A model generated the notes under the pieces. It was given only the letters and a program-made list of their open reading frames with translations. It was not told where the DNA came from and ran no database searches. Of a stretch of 64,000 bases of DNA, positions 36,313-47,459 are shown one piece after another. The DNA is from Thermomicrobiales bacterium (GTDB taxonomy: Bacteria > Chloroflexota > Chloroflexia > Thermomicrobiales > UBA6265). Made by a program: the position numbers and the translations under genes. The stretch is taken from assembly GCA_045804965.1 (NCBI GenBank), contig JBJMMD010000010.1, positions 46,378-110,377 on the forward strand, written 5' to 3'. How positions within the stretch are numbered: position 1 is the first letter of the stretch; each line of letters starts with the position of its first letter.

Positions 36313-36464
36313 GTCTGTCGTTTACTCCTCTTCTGCATGCGGACGCGCCCACCTTGCCACGCGACGTCCACTCGTTACATCTCAGCATGACCCACCGCGC
36401 TCCCACCTGCAAGCCCTGACCAGTTCTGACGCTTGAACTGTGCCTGAAAACCACCTGGATACGA

Positions 36465-36496
36465 CAAGAGACCGACGCCTAGGCGTCGGTCTCTTG
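36465..36496 (-). terminator. hairpin terminator candidate (15-bp perfect stem CAAGAGACCGACGCC / GGCGTCGGTCTCTTG, 2-nt loop)
   Basis: I verified the perfect inverted repeat. It lies 21 nt downstream of the stop of the minus-strand gene at 36517. Confidence 0.55.
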
Positions 36497-36516
36497 ACCA
36501 CGAATACGCGGGGCAA

Positions 36517-36906
36517 TCAGCGCGGATTCGTGTCGTTCATCGTCTGATTCTCGGTGGGAGACGGCATGGTCGACGATGTTGACTCGGTCATTGGCTCGCG
36601 GGAGCCGGCGGTAGCCGCGCCCATTGTGGCGGGATTGGCCTCCCGGTCGAACACCGGTTCTTCCATCGGTTCCTGTTCCCAGCCCTGGCTCAACGCTTCG
36701 TCCTTGCTCACGGTGAGATAGATGCGATTGCCGTCGTAGGTTGAGATCGCGCTAGTCGGAATATAGTAGTCAGTCGGGAAAAAGAATCCCTTCTCGACGA
36801 CAATATAGCGTGGTCGCACAGCGACGATTTTGCCAACCTTGCCGCCATCGCCGCCGAATACTTCATCGCCTTCACGAAATTTCCACTGTTGCACTGTGGG
36901 ATCCAT
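36517..36906 (-). CDS. PRC-barrel/DUF2171-like small protein
   Basis: VGKIVAVRPRYIVVEKGFFFPTDYYIPTSAI pattern. Start set to ATG 36906 behind GGAGAGGAG; the track ORF runs to 37176. Confidence 0.5.
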   Translation of the reverse strand: MDPTVQQWKFREGDEVFGGDGGKVGKIVAVRPRYIVVEKGFFFPTDYYIPTSAISTYDGNRIYLTVSKDEALSQGWEQEPMEEPVFDREANPATMGAATAGSREPMTESTSSTMPSPTENQTMNDTNPR

Positions 36907-37063
36907 AACTGCTCCTCTCCGTTCGCTTTGGGGCACGGTTTCGACCGAGTCCCCTTCCGCACTAGGAGCCAATTGCCCCGCGTTTACGACGCATTGTGCG
37001 TGCCACGCTTTTCTCGAAGCAAGTATCCGGGTTTCCCATGACCAACGTCGGTAACAAGCGCTC

Positions 37064-37738
37064 CTACGAGCTGAAATGCACCACCGCGGGCCCACAGCCG
37101 ACACCCTGGATCCACACGTTCTGGACGCCGTCAACCTCGGGATCGAGGTCGTCCTCTGACACGAACATCTTCGCACTGAACGACGCGACGTTGCCGTCTC
37201 CTGCCCGGTAGAACTCAGCCTGCATCACCACAACTCGGTCGCTTGTGAACGCCGTCTTGAGGCTCTCGCTCCCAATGCATTTGAACCCTGAGCTGGCGAG
37301 CAGCGCTTCCGCGTCCCACCGGACGCCTTCACCGTCGGCGCAGCCGGTGAGCTGCCCTTGCGTCACGTCCCCTATGCAGCGGAATCCGCCGGCAGATTTG
37401 ACGAAGCCGGTCTCCGGATCAAAGACTGGAGTGAATGAGCCGCCGCCGGTAAGAAACACTTCGCTTGTGCCGGCGCTGACATCGCTGTTGAAGCCGAAAC
37501 CACTATGGTCTCCTGCCGCGAACCCCTGGCTCGCGAACAGCACGGCGAGCGCGATGACTGACGCCAGACAAGCGCCCCGTACGAGCCAAATCGCGCGCGA
37601 GTCAGGGTCGCCTCGCCGTTTATTTGCTTCACGGTGCGTCGCTTCCATCATCGCGCGCTCGTCGCCGCTGGCGTTGTTGTGCGTTGCCAGGCTGCGCATA
37701 GAGTTGTAGAGCATTAGCTGTCTCAAGTCATTAATCAT
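37064..37738 (-). CDS. hypothetical secreted/membrane-anchored protein
   Basis: TM/signal segment AIWLVRGACLASVIALAVLFASQGFA followed by a Gly/Cys-containing domain. The start is uncertain; ATG 37651 is an alternative. Confidence 0.4.
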   Translation of the reverse strand: MINDLRQLMLYNSMRSLATHNNASGDERAMMEATHREANKRRGDPDSRAIWLVRGACLASVIALAVLFASQGFAAGDHSGFGFNSDVSAGTSEVFLTGGGSFTPVFDPETGFVKSAGGFRCIGDVTQGQLTGCADGEGVRWDAEALLASSGFKCIGSESLKTAFTSDRVVVMQAEFYRAGDGNVASFSAKMFVSEDDLDPEVDGVQNVWIQGVGCGPAVVHFSS

Positions 37739-38009
37739 CCCGATTCTCCTTATCTACATACTGTGGAATGACAAGCGGGCCGACCCCGCTGCCTCATCCT
37801 TGCCCACTGCGGCGCAATCCGGATCCGGGCGTTGCCGGTTCGGCGTGTCGTTTCCGGCTCGAAGCGTGGCCGCACCGGACTTTGGACGACGAGTCCAGTC
37901 TACGGCGCACGAAGTCGCCGCACATCCGTGGAATTGCCAACTCGGGGAAGGCGCAGTGAAGCCAGTTGGCTCCGCAGAATTACCTAGCTCACTTTTAGTA
38001 AACCGAACC

Positions 38010-39212
38010 TTAGGTGAAGCTCAGTCGCCCGTAGGGGGGGAATGGATCGGGCCCGAGAAGGGGGAGCGCATAATGGCGAAACGATGCCGTCACCGAACGG
38101 CCGTCATCCCCAATGAAGTCGTCCGGCAGCGACCGCACGTGATTCGCGATCACGACTAGGGGCGCCGTGAAGATCTCGGACCGATAGTCATCGCTCGCGA
38201 CTCGGCTAAGCGCGGTCATCTTGTCCGACTCACCCCGCGCCACGGACCGCGCGGCTTCGGCGCCAACCCGGCTCGCTTCGTCCAGATCGACAGCTGACGC
38301 GAGCGAGATCGACATTCGCGATGCCGTTCCCGGGCGATCGAACCTCGCCCGCATCCCGAGTTCGAGGGACACTCGCCGGGCCAGCGCGGCAGCCGGCGAG
38401 GCGAAATAGGGATGGCCGAATTGATCGACGTAGTCGGGAGTTTCACCGCCAAGATGGTGATGCATAGCATCGCGCAATGTTTCCGGCACGACGGAAATCG
38501 CGAACCCCTGGCTTTCAACCCGAGCTTCAATCTCTTCGAGGATCAGCTCAGCCGATTGAGGCGGTCGCTCCGGGAGATAAATGAGTGGCGTCAAATCCTG
38601 CTCGCCTTTGCCAAACCCGAGCGCGCAGGCTGCCGCTACCCAACCGGCGTCGCGCCCCATGACTTCGATGAACTTGACCGGGTAAAGCTGAGGCGCGGCG
38701 ATCGTGTCGTAGGTCGCGTCGCGCGTTGCGTTCGCCACATAACGGCTGATCGACCCATAACCGGGACAATGATCAGTCTCCGGCAGGTCGTTATCGACCG
38801 TCTTCGGCGTCAAGACGACCGCGAGTTCGTACCCCCTCACCGCCGCGTGCATGTGCAAGCGGTGAGCGGTATCGGCGGAATCGTTGCCGCCGATGAACAC
38901 AAGGGCGTGGATGTCGTGTCGCCGCAAGACCTCGATTGCATGATCGAGGTCCCGGTCGCGGAGCTTGTACCGACCCGTGCCGAGGGCGGCGGACGGCGTT
39001 CGCCTCAGCAGCTCGCGCGTCGCCTTCGGCAAGGAGGTCAGATCGACGAACTGCTCGCCGAGCAACCCCTCAATCCCGCCGCGCATCCCCAGCACGCGCG
39101 CGAACGAGGCGGCTTCGACAGCCGCCTCGACGACGCCGACAAGACTTGCATTGATGACCGCGGTTGCCCCTCCGGATTGACCAACGAGGAGCGTCGAAGA
39201 CGCCTTGCTCAT
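38010..39212 (-). CDS. 6-phosphofructokinase family enzyme (PfkA family, possibly PPi-dependent clade)
   Basis: QSGGATAVINASL, FIGGNDSADTA and PKTVDNDL motifs. Its ATG overlaps the upstream gene's stop (ATGA). Confidence 0.85.
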   Translation of the reverse strand: MSKASSTLLVGQSGGATAVINASLVGVVEAAVEAASFARVLGMRGGIEGLLGEQFVDLTSLPKATRELLRRTPSAALGTGRYKLRDRDLDHAIEVLRRHDIHALVFIGGNDSADTAHRLHMHAAVRGYELAVVLTPKTVDNDLPETDHCPGYGSISRYVANATRDATYDTIAAPQLYPVKFIEVMGRDAGWVAAACALGFGKGEQDLTPLIYLPERPPQSAELILEEIEARVESQGFAISVVPETLRDAMHHHLGGETPDYVDQFGHPYFASPAAALARRVSLELGMRARFDRPGTASRMSISLASAVDLDEASRVGAEAARSVARGESDKMTALSRVASDDYRSEIFTAPLVVIANHVRSLPDDFIGDDGRSVTASFRHYALPLLGPDPFPPYGRLSFT

Positions 39213-39835
39213 GAAGCATCCGGCGCAATCAGACCATCGTTCGCGACGAGCTCGATCCGCCGCTCTTTGAGGAGCGACAACACGAAGGGGTTCGCCTGCC
39301 GCATTTTTGCGCGCCAGTCATCCGGCCGGTAGTAGGCGAGCTCAATCGCGCCCGGCGGCAAATTGAGGACCGCGGTCGGGCGACCCTCAAGGGCGTCGAG
39401 CTCTTCCAACGGCAGGTCGCCGATGACGACGAGCAGGACTGGTCCATGACCGGGCTTGCGTGGCAACTCGCCGGCAAGAAACGCCGCCTCCACACCTGGC
39501 ACCTCGGCGAAGGCCGCGCGCAACGCCTCGTCAACCCCGATCGCGGCGACGACCACCGCCGTCAGTGGCGGGAGCAATTCGCACGCGGGATTTCCCCGGT
39601 AGCGGTACGCGTTTCCCTCTCGCCGCCCAGCGAGCACGCCGAGCCGTTCCAGCTTGTAACACTCGTGCTGCAAACTACTGATCGGCAAACCAAGCACACG
39701 CGAAAACTCGGTCAATGAGAATCCGAGATGGGGCCGCGGCAAGATCCGGCAGAGCACCGCCGCCCGCACGCGCGACGAGAAGAGCTCTTCGAGCAGGTCG
39801 CATCCCACAGGTTTCGGAAGGTCGGTGTCACTCAT
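39209..39835 (-). CDS. winged-helix (ArsR-like) DNA-binding protein with uncharacterised C-terminal domain
   Basis: FSLTEFSRVLGLPISSLQHECYKLERLGVLAGRREGNAYRY is wHTH-like. AGGAGAG RBS. Confidence 0.45.
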   Translation of the reverse strand: MSDTDLPKPVGCDLLEELFSSRVRAAVLCRILPRPHLGFSLTEFSRVLGLPISSLQHECYKLERLGVLAGRREGNAYRYRGNPACELLPPLTAVVVAAIGVDEALRAAFAEVPGVEAAFLAGELPRKPGHGPVLLVVIGDLPLEELDALEGRPTAVLNLPPGAIELAYYRPDDWRAKMRQANPFVLSLLKERRIELVANDGLIAPDAS

Positions 39836-39892
39836 CCAGGCTCTCCTGGGTGCGGCTGGGAGTTACGGTTCTGTCGTAACATCGCCGAGTAA

Positions 39893-40384
39893 TCAGCCGA
39901 TCGGCGGTTCACGGTCGAGGCGAACATCGGCGCTGCCGCACTCCGAGCACGTTTCCTGCCTGGTGAAGCCGCGCTCGAACGCTCCGCAGTTCGTGCACGT
40001 CCAGCGCACGATCGCAAACAGGCGCACGAGGTCTGCGCGGCTGACGATGCCGATCAACTCGCCATCGCGCACGACCGGCACCCGCCGGATCCCGTGCATG
40101 CTGACGATCGTCGCGACTTGCTCGGCTTCGGCCTCGGCGTCGACGCTGATCACGCCGCGGCTCATGATGTCGCCGGCCGTTTTGCCACGTTTGCTGATGA
40201 TGTCGTATTCGCTAATCATCCCGACCAGGGCGCCATCTGTATTGACGACCGGCATCCCACTGATCCCATGCTTGCTCAATTGCCGTGCCACTCGCTCGAC
40301 CGGTTCGTCGATCGACGTCGTTATGACGTCGCGAGTCATGATCTCTCGTACCGTCACCACTTGGTCGCCTGTTGCAGTTTCCAT
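39893..40384 (-). CDS. CBS-pair domain protein with C-terminal zinc ribbon
   Basis: Two CBS repeats (IMTRDVITT...GISGMPVV; IMSRGVISV...GIRRVPVV), then CTNCGAFERGFTRQETCSECGS. Confidence 0.8.
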   Translation of the reverse strand: METATGDQVVTVREIMTRDVITTSIDEPVERVARQLSKHGISGMPVVNTDGALVGMISEYDIISKRGKTAGDIMSRGVISVDAEAEAEQVATIVSMHGIRRVPVVRDGELIGIVSRADLVRLFAIVRWTCTNCGAFERGFTRQETCSECGSADVRLDREPPIG

Positions 40385-40503
40385 CGGTTTACTCCTCTTG
40401 CCCGGTCGCTGTCGCTGAACGTCGATTGTAACCCGTTACCAATTGCGCGAGGATCGCTCCGGCGTTAACGTAGGCACGGTTGGGATGATTTCGCGAGGCG
40501 ACG

Positions 40504-41073
40504 ATGGCGACACAAGATCAAGACAAGCACACCGCCGCGGAGATGCCGGCGGAACATGCGATTCTCGGACTCCTCGCGCTCGACGAGGGGACGGGGCACG
40601 GCTACGACCTCGCTCGTCATTTCGGCGAAGGTCAGCCGCTCGCCGGTGTCATCCGGCTCGAACCCGGCATGCTCTACCACCATTTGAAGAAGCTCGCCCG
40701 CACCGGTTGGGTGACGTCGACGACCGAGCTGCAAGGCAACCGCCCGCCCCGCCTGGTCTACAACCTCACCGACGAGGGTCGCGCCGAGCTCACGCGCTGG
40801 CTCCGCGAACCTGTCGCTCACACTCGCGAAATTCGTCTCGAATTCCTCGTCAAGCTCTATTTCGCCCGCCGACTCGACCCCAAGCACGCTGCCCGCCTCA
40901 TCGCCGAGCAGCGCGAGACGCTGCACAAGTTGGAAGAATCGCTTTCCGCCCAGCTCGCGCAAGCTCCCACGGATGACGGTGACGCCTTCCCACGACTTGT
41001 GCTCGATCTTCGATTGGAGCAAACGCGGGCAGCGTTAGCGTGGTTAGATAGGGTGGATGGGGAGAACGTGTAA
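40504..41073 (+). CDS. PadR family transcriptional regulator
   Basis: AILGLLALDEGTGHGYDLARHF...GMLYHHLKKLARTGWV. Confidence 0.85.
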   Translation: MATQDQDKHTAAEMPAEHAILGLLALDEGTGHGYDLARHFGEGQPLAGVIRLEPGMLYHHLKKLARTGWVTSTTELQGNRPPRLVYNLTDEGRAELTRWLREPVAHTREIRLEFLVKLYFARRLDPKHAARLIAEQRETLHKLEESLSAQLAQAPTDDGDAFPRLVLDLRLEQTRAALAWLDRVDGENV

Positions 41074-41122
41074 GGCTCGTATCAGCTGTGTGCCTTCTCG
41101 GCGCAAGTGGGGAGGTATTCCA

Positions 41123-42589
41123 TTGACGACAGAGCCAGCAGTTCTGCAAGAAGAGACCCTCGATCCTGACGATTGGGTAGCTGCGCGCGAACTTGGTCAT
41201 CGTATGGTCGATGACATGCTGGACTACCTCCAAGGAATCCGCGATCGACCAGTTTGGCAACCAATTCCTGAGGATGTGCGCGCCCGATTCAAACAACCCT
41301 TGCCGATATTTCCCGAAGGCCCCGAGCAACCCTATCGAGATTTTCTCCAGGATGTCCTGCCATATCACCTCGGTGCGAACCACCCGCGATTTTGGGGATG
41401 GGTGTGTGGCACAGGCACAGTCACGGGCATGCTCGCCGATATGCTTGCCTCGGCAATCAATCCGAACCTTGGTGGGGCGAATCACATTCCCAATTACGTT
41501 GAAGCGCAGGTCATTGACTGGTGTAAGTCCATGCTCGGCTTTCCCACTTCGGCGAGCGGAGTTCTGGTCAGTGGCGGGTCGATGGCGAATCTGATCGGTT
41601 TAGCCGTCGCTCGAAACGCGCAGGCGACGTTCGACCTGCGCGATCAAGGGTTGCACGAATCTCCGCGTAGGATGACCATCTATGCCTCAGCAGAAGCTCA
41701 CAGTTCGAATCAAAAATCTATCGAACTTCTGGGTCTAGGGACACAGGCGCTGCAAAAGATCCCGGTCGATTCCGAGTTTCGGGTGGACCTACCCAGTCTG
41801 GAACAGGCGATAGCTGGAGACCGAGCGGCTGGACACCAGCCTTTCTGCGTTATCGGTTGCTGCGGAGCCACCAATACGGGAGCCATCGACGATTTGAATG
41901 GCTTGGCGGATATATGCGAACGCGAAGGACTTTGGTTTCATGTTGACGGAGCATTCGGCGCGCTCGCGGCGATAACACCCAGTCTACGCTCCTTTGTGTC
42001 TGGCCTTGAACGTGCGGATTCCCTGACTGTTGACCTTCATAAATGGGTCTATTTGCCAGTCGACATAGGCGTCATCCTCGTACGGGATGCCGAGCAACAT
42101 TTCCGGACGTTCTCACTCACCCCCACCTATTTGGAGCATGGCGGCGTCCGAGGTTTAGCAGCCGGCCCCCATTGGTTCAGTGATTACTCAATTGAACTTT
42201 CGCGACGTTTCCGCGCGCTCAAAGTCTGGATGACTTTCAAGGAACAAGGGATTGAGAAAATTGGCCGCGTCATCGAACAGAACGTTCGGCAAGCCCAGTA
42301 TCTCTACGAATTGATCGAGGCCGATCCATTCCTGGAAAACTTATCGCCGGTCAGTTTGAACGTCGTCAATTTCCGATTTCGCGTGGACGACAAGGATGAC
42401 CAAGCACTCAATGAACTCAACGAGGAACTCCTCCTCCGCCTGCAGGAGAGCGGGATCGCCGTGCCCTCGAGCACGGAACTGCACGGCAAATACGCTCTTC
42501 ACGTGGCGATCACTAATCATCGAAGCCAGCGCGAGGATTTCGACCTCCTGGTACGCGAAGTCGTCCGGCTGGGAAAGCAGCTACTTTGA
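41123..42589 (+). CDS. PLP-dependent group II (aromatic-L-amino-acid/glutamate type) decarboxylase
   Basis: SGGSMANLIGLAVARN, and DLHKWVYLPVDIG containing the PLP lysine. Start set to TTG 41123 (GGGGAGG 7 nt upstream). Confidence 0.85.
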   Translation: MTTEPAVLQEETLDPDDWVAARELGHRMVDDMLDYLQGIRDRPVWQPIPEDVRARFKQPLPIFPEGPEQPYRDFLQDVLPYHLGANHPRFWGWVCGTGTVTGMLADMLASAINPNLGGANHIPNYVEAQVIDWCKSMLGFPTSASGVLVSGGSMANLIGLAVARNAQATFDLRDQGLHESPRRMTIYASAEAHSSNQKSIELLGLGTQALQKIPVDSEFRVDLPSLEQAIAGDRAAGHQPFCVIGCCGATNTGAIDDLNGLADICEREGLWFHVDGAFGALAAITPSLRSFVSGLERADSLTVDLHKWVYLPVDIGVILVRDAEQHFRTFSLTPTYLEHGGVRGLAAGPHWFSDYSIELSRRFRALKVWMTFKEQGIEKIGRVIEQNVRQAQYLYELIEADPFLENLSPVSLNVVNFRFRVDDKDDQALNELNEELLLRLQESGIAVPSSTELHGKYALHVAITNHRSQREDFDLLVREVVRLGKQLL

Positions 42590-42667
42590 GGCTTCTCAAG
42601 CCAAGTGTCACCGCAATTTCTTTGTCCAAACTCGAAGATCCGATAGCGCAAATGTGAGAAGTCAGAC

Positions 42668-43066
42668 ATGAGTATCGAATTGAAAACAATCGGCGTCGTC
42701 CGGACGAACGCCGAGGCCATTCCGCGGCATTGGAGCGTCTCAGATGTCGATGGAACCCTCGAAATCGCCGAGCACTACGCGGCGGGATTGCGCGATATCG
42801 AGCCCGGTCAGCGGATCGTCGTGCTCTTCCACTTCGATCGCAGCGAACCCTTCTCGTCCGCCGATCTCATTCAAATGTCGGGAGGTGAAGGCAGAGAACG
42901 GGGCGTCTTCAGCACGTGCTCACCGGTCCGCCCGAATCCAATCGGTATGTCCGTGGTTGAGGTGACCGCTGTCCGCGGTGCGGCCATCGATGTCCGTCAC
43001 CTCGACATGCTCGACGGCACCCCCATCCTCGACCTCAAACCATATATCGACGTGACCGCCGGTTAA
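42668..43066 (+). CDS. trmO: TsaA/YaeB-family tRNA methyltransferase (TrmO)
   Basis: IGVVRT..., RGVFSTCSPVRPNPIGMSVVEV and LDMLDGTPILDLKPY. Confidence 0.8.
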   Translation: MSIELKTIGVVRTNAEAIPRHWSVSDVDGTLEIAEHYAAGLRDIEPGQRIVVLFHFDRSEPFSSADLIQMSGGEGRERGVFSTCSPVRPNPIGMSVVEVTAVRGAAIDVRHLDMLDGTPILDLKPYIDVTAG

Positions 43067-43093
43067 ACACGGAGAAATGAGCAAGCAACCACG

Positions 43094-43501
43094 ATGAGCA
43101 ACTTTACGTCAGCGGAAATCGACTTCCTCCAGCAGGCGCGACTCGGACGGCTGGCGACCATTGGCCCGGATGGAATGCCGCACGTGGTTCCAGTGGGATT
43201 TCGGTACAACCCCGACGAAGACGCCATCGATATCGGTGGCCACGGCTTCGGCAAAAGCAAGAAGTACCGCGATGTCCTCAAGAATCCACGGACCGCGTTC
43301 GTCGTCGACGAAGTCGTCTCGCGAGAGCCGCTTCACCTTCGCGGCCTAGAGATTCGCGGGCTGGCTGACGTGCTCCCCACCGGCGGCGAATCCTGCGGCG
43401 CCGGCGTTGACCCTGAAATGATTCGCATCCGCGCCAACCACATCGCCAGCTGGGGCATCAACGATGAATCGATCTACGCAAAATCCCGCTCAGTTGGATA
43501 G
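43094..43501 (+). CDS. PPOX-class F420-dependent oxidoreductase (pyridoxamine 5'-phosphate oxidase fold)
   Basis: LQQARLGRLATIGPDGMPHVVPVGFRYNPDEDAIDIGGHGFGKSKKYRDV. Confidence 0.8.
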   Translation: MSNFTSAEIDFLQQARLGRLATIGPDGMPHVVPVGFRYNPDEDAIDIGGHGFGKSKKYRDVLKNPRTAFVVDEVVSREPLHLRGLEIRGLADVLPTGGESCGAGVDPEMIRIRANHIASWGINDESIYAKSRSVG

Positions 43502-43605
43502 GCGAAGGTTTTCAGACTTTTCCGTGCCTAATGAGCCGGCCTGAACCCCCGATGCCGGCAACAGACCGGCTCACGAGCGGCCGCGGCTCCAGCCATGGGG
43601 GTGCC

Positions 43606-43680
43606 GGGCTCAGCCCCCAAGCGGGGGCTTCGTCGTCTTAGCGCCGGGCTTGAACCCGGCGTCGCGGCGCAGCCGCGTAG
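43606..43680. repeat. intergenic dispersed repeat, copy B
   Basis: Shares GGCTCAGCC..GGGCTTCGT.GTCTT.GCGC.GGGC and the exact 17-mer GCGGCGCAGCCGCGTAG (43664-43680) with copy A. It contains the hairpin GCCGGG-CTTGAA-CCCGGC. Confidence 0.45.
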
Positions 43681-43731
43681 ACAGATACGGACCCAAACAA
43701 GACCGAATTGGGCCGCTGAGGAGACCGCCCC

Positions 43732-44250
43732 CTATCCAATCACTCGCCGCGACGTGATCACACCGGTATTCATCCCAACCAAATTCAGGCCGCCAAAGAA
43801 GCGGGCGTGTTCGATCTTGACGCAGCGGTTCATGACGACCTCGAGCCCAGCGGCACGAGCGACCTTGGCGGCTTCTTCGTTTTCGATCCCGAGTTGGAGC
43901 CAGAAGACTTTTGCGCCGATCTCGACCGCTTGCTTCGCCAGGTCTGGCGCTTCCTCGGCGCGGCGGAAGACATCGACGATTTCGACGGGACGGGGGATGT
44001 CGGCGAGCGAGGCATACACCTGCTGACCGAGGATCTCCTTACCGGCGTAGCGCGGGTTGACCGGGATGACGTCATAGCCGTAGGAGAGCATGTAGATCGC
44101 GGCGAAGGCGCTCGGCCGGTAGAGATCGGACGAGAGTCCAACCATCGCGATCGTGTGGTTGGTGGTGAGGATGCGCAGGCGGTCGTAAGCGCCGGTCGTC
44201 GCGATCGTCGTGCCCGCTCCGCCTGGATCGATTTGCGTTTCCGTCGCCAT
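43732..44250 (-). CDS. CoA-binding domain protein (YccU/YneT-like)
   Basis: IAMVGLSSDLYRPSAFAAIYMLSYGYDVIPVNP...VDVFR...VFWLQLG. Confidence 0.85.
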   Translation of the reverse strand: MATETQIDPGGAGTTIATTGAYDRLRILTTNHTIAMVGLSSDLYRPSAFAAIYMLSYGYDVIPVNPRYAGKEILGQQVYASLADIPRPVEIVDVFRRAEEAPDLAKQAVEIGAKVFWLQLGIENEEAAKVARAAGLEVVMNRCVKIEHARFFGGLNLVGMNTGVITSRRVIG

Positions 44251-44251
44251 C

Positions 44252-46185
<1,934 letters not shown>

Positions 46186-46232
46186 ACTCTGTCTCCCTGG
46201 TTGTGCGATGGAGCGCGACGCGCCGTCTAAGT

Positions 46233-46631
46233 CTAGGCCGCGGCCTCGCTCAATTGTCGCAAGAGTCGGTGGGCGTCGGCCAATCCGCCGTTGACGCCGA
46301 TAATCCGGCCATCCGGCGCCGCGACGACAGTGGTCGGCACGACGATGACGCCGAAGGTGTGGGCAAGATCCGGCTCGTCGGCCGCATCGACATATGTGAC
46401 GTCGAGGCTGCCGCGCCACTCGGCCACGACCGCGTCGAGAATGCGCCGCTGTGTTCGGCACTGGGTGCAGCCGGAGGTCGAGAATGTGATCAGGCGCGGC
46501 AAGCGGGTAGCCGCGAGATTCAAGGATCCCAGCCGCCGGCGTCGCCAGCGCGCGACCACACCTTGCAGGACGAGCCCGATCACGGCGATCGCAACGATCA
46601 CGATCAGCGCCATCAGCAGACGCTCAATCAT
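46233..46631 (-). CDS. membrane-anchored thioredoxin-like protein
   Basis: N-terminal TM segment LLMALIVIVAIAVIGLVL, then FSTSGCTQC (CxxC) and a VVPTTVV cis-Pro region. ATG 46631 sits behind GGGAGG. ATGA overlap with the upstream gene. Confidence 0.7.
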   Translation of the reverse strand: MIERLLMALIVIVAIAVIGLVLQGVVARWRRRRLGSLNLAATRLPRLITFSTSGCTQCRTQRRILDAVVAEWRGSLDVTYVDAADEPDLAHTFGVIVVPTTVVAAPDGRIIGVNGGLADAHRLLRQLSEAAA

Positions 46632-47101
46632 GCCGTCGAGCCTCCCACCCGGCGCCTGAAACGGTTGATCTGCAGATACACTAAGCACCCCGCGCAGAAC
46701 CCGAACAGCAAATTCACCAGCGCAAGCGCAACGACGATGAAGGCAAGAACCCAACCGAGCGTGTCCGCGCCCGCGAAGAGGGCAATCGCCGCGAGGAGCA
46801 AGAATGTCGCGCCGAGCGCCTGCGCGAAGCGGTGTTGGGCCGGATCATCCGGACGCCGTTGCGGTTTCACCCATCCAGTCGGAAGCAGCATGTGCCGGTA
46901 GAAGCGTTGAAACGGACCATATCCGGGAAGGGCAGCTCCGACCGCAAGGCTCGCCGACACCAACAACACTACCCACGCGCCGGCGGTCGCCCCAAGCACG
47001 AATGCGAGCACGACAAAGATCACGATCAACGCCTGATTCGTGCGCAGGGCGTTGACGTCGACGATAGGTCCCGGTTGATTCGAGGTCTGCGATCTGTTCA
47101 C
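46628..47101 (-). CDS. DUF4395 domain membrane protein
   Basis: Four hydrophobic segments ending LFGFCAGCLVY, the typical DUF4395 tail. GTG 47101 sits behind GGGGAAG. Confidence 0.65.
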   Translation of the reverse strand: MNRSQTSNQPGPIVDVNALRTNQALIVIFVVLAFVLGATAGAWVVLLVSASLAVGAALPGYGPFQRFYRHMLLPTGWVKPQRRPDDPAQHRFAQALGATFLLLAAIALFAGADTLGWVLAFIVVALALVNLLFGFCAGCLVYLQINRFRRRVGGSTA

Positions 47102-47326
47102 GGTGCTTCCCCAAGTCTTTAGTGGAGTTGTTGATAGTGAACTGTATTATGCCTTGAGGTCGCCGACTGAGCAACTGTTGGTCGTGTTTCCGCGCACCCT
47201 CCCCGTTATGCCGAGCTCGTCGAGGCAAAGGGCTCTGGTGACGACGGTGGTTGGCAGGCAGAGACTCTTCGCTATCGCTCAGCGATCTGTCCAAACATTC
47301 TTGATGTGCTGGGGGTGGTTCCGTTC

Positions 47327-47403
47327 GTCAGCCCTGGAAGGGCTTCGTCAGGCGTAGCCCGGACCTTGAGTTCCGGGCGCGGCAACGCGACACGCACGCC
47401 TAG
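47327..47403. repeat. intergenic dispersed repeat, copy C
   Basis: GTCAGCCCTGGAAGGGCTTCGT (47327-47348) is the exact reverse complement of 21791-21812. It is followed by the hairpin GCCCGGA-CCTTGAGT-TCCGGGC. Confidence 0.45.
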
Positions 47404-47459
47404 ATTGATTACTCAGCATGATTGGGGGTGGGCGCTCATCGCGTAAGAGCGAGGGCCCC

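Noticed and set aside
34534-36390. 618-aa plus-strand ORF, the longest non-annotated ORF in the track
   Set aside because: It lies exactly antisense to the dynamin-like gene, is Arg/His/Pro/Leu-rich, and has no motif. This is the typical shadow ORF of a high-GC gene. The minus-strand product has clear GTPase motifs.
47102-47459. SAM riboswitch upstream of the DUF4395-Trx-OsmC-MetY string
   Set aside because: I did not recognise SAM-I, SAM-II or SAM-IV core sequences such as the GGCAACC-type junction. Part of the gap is occupied by dispersed repeat copy C. This needs a covariance-model scan.
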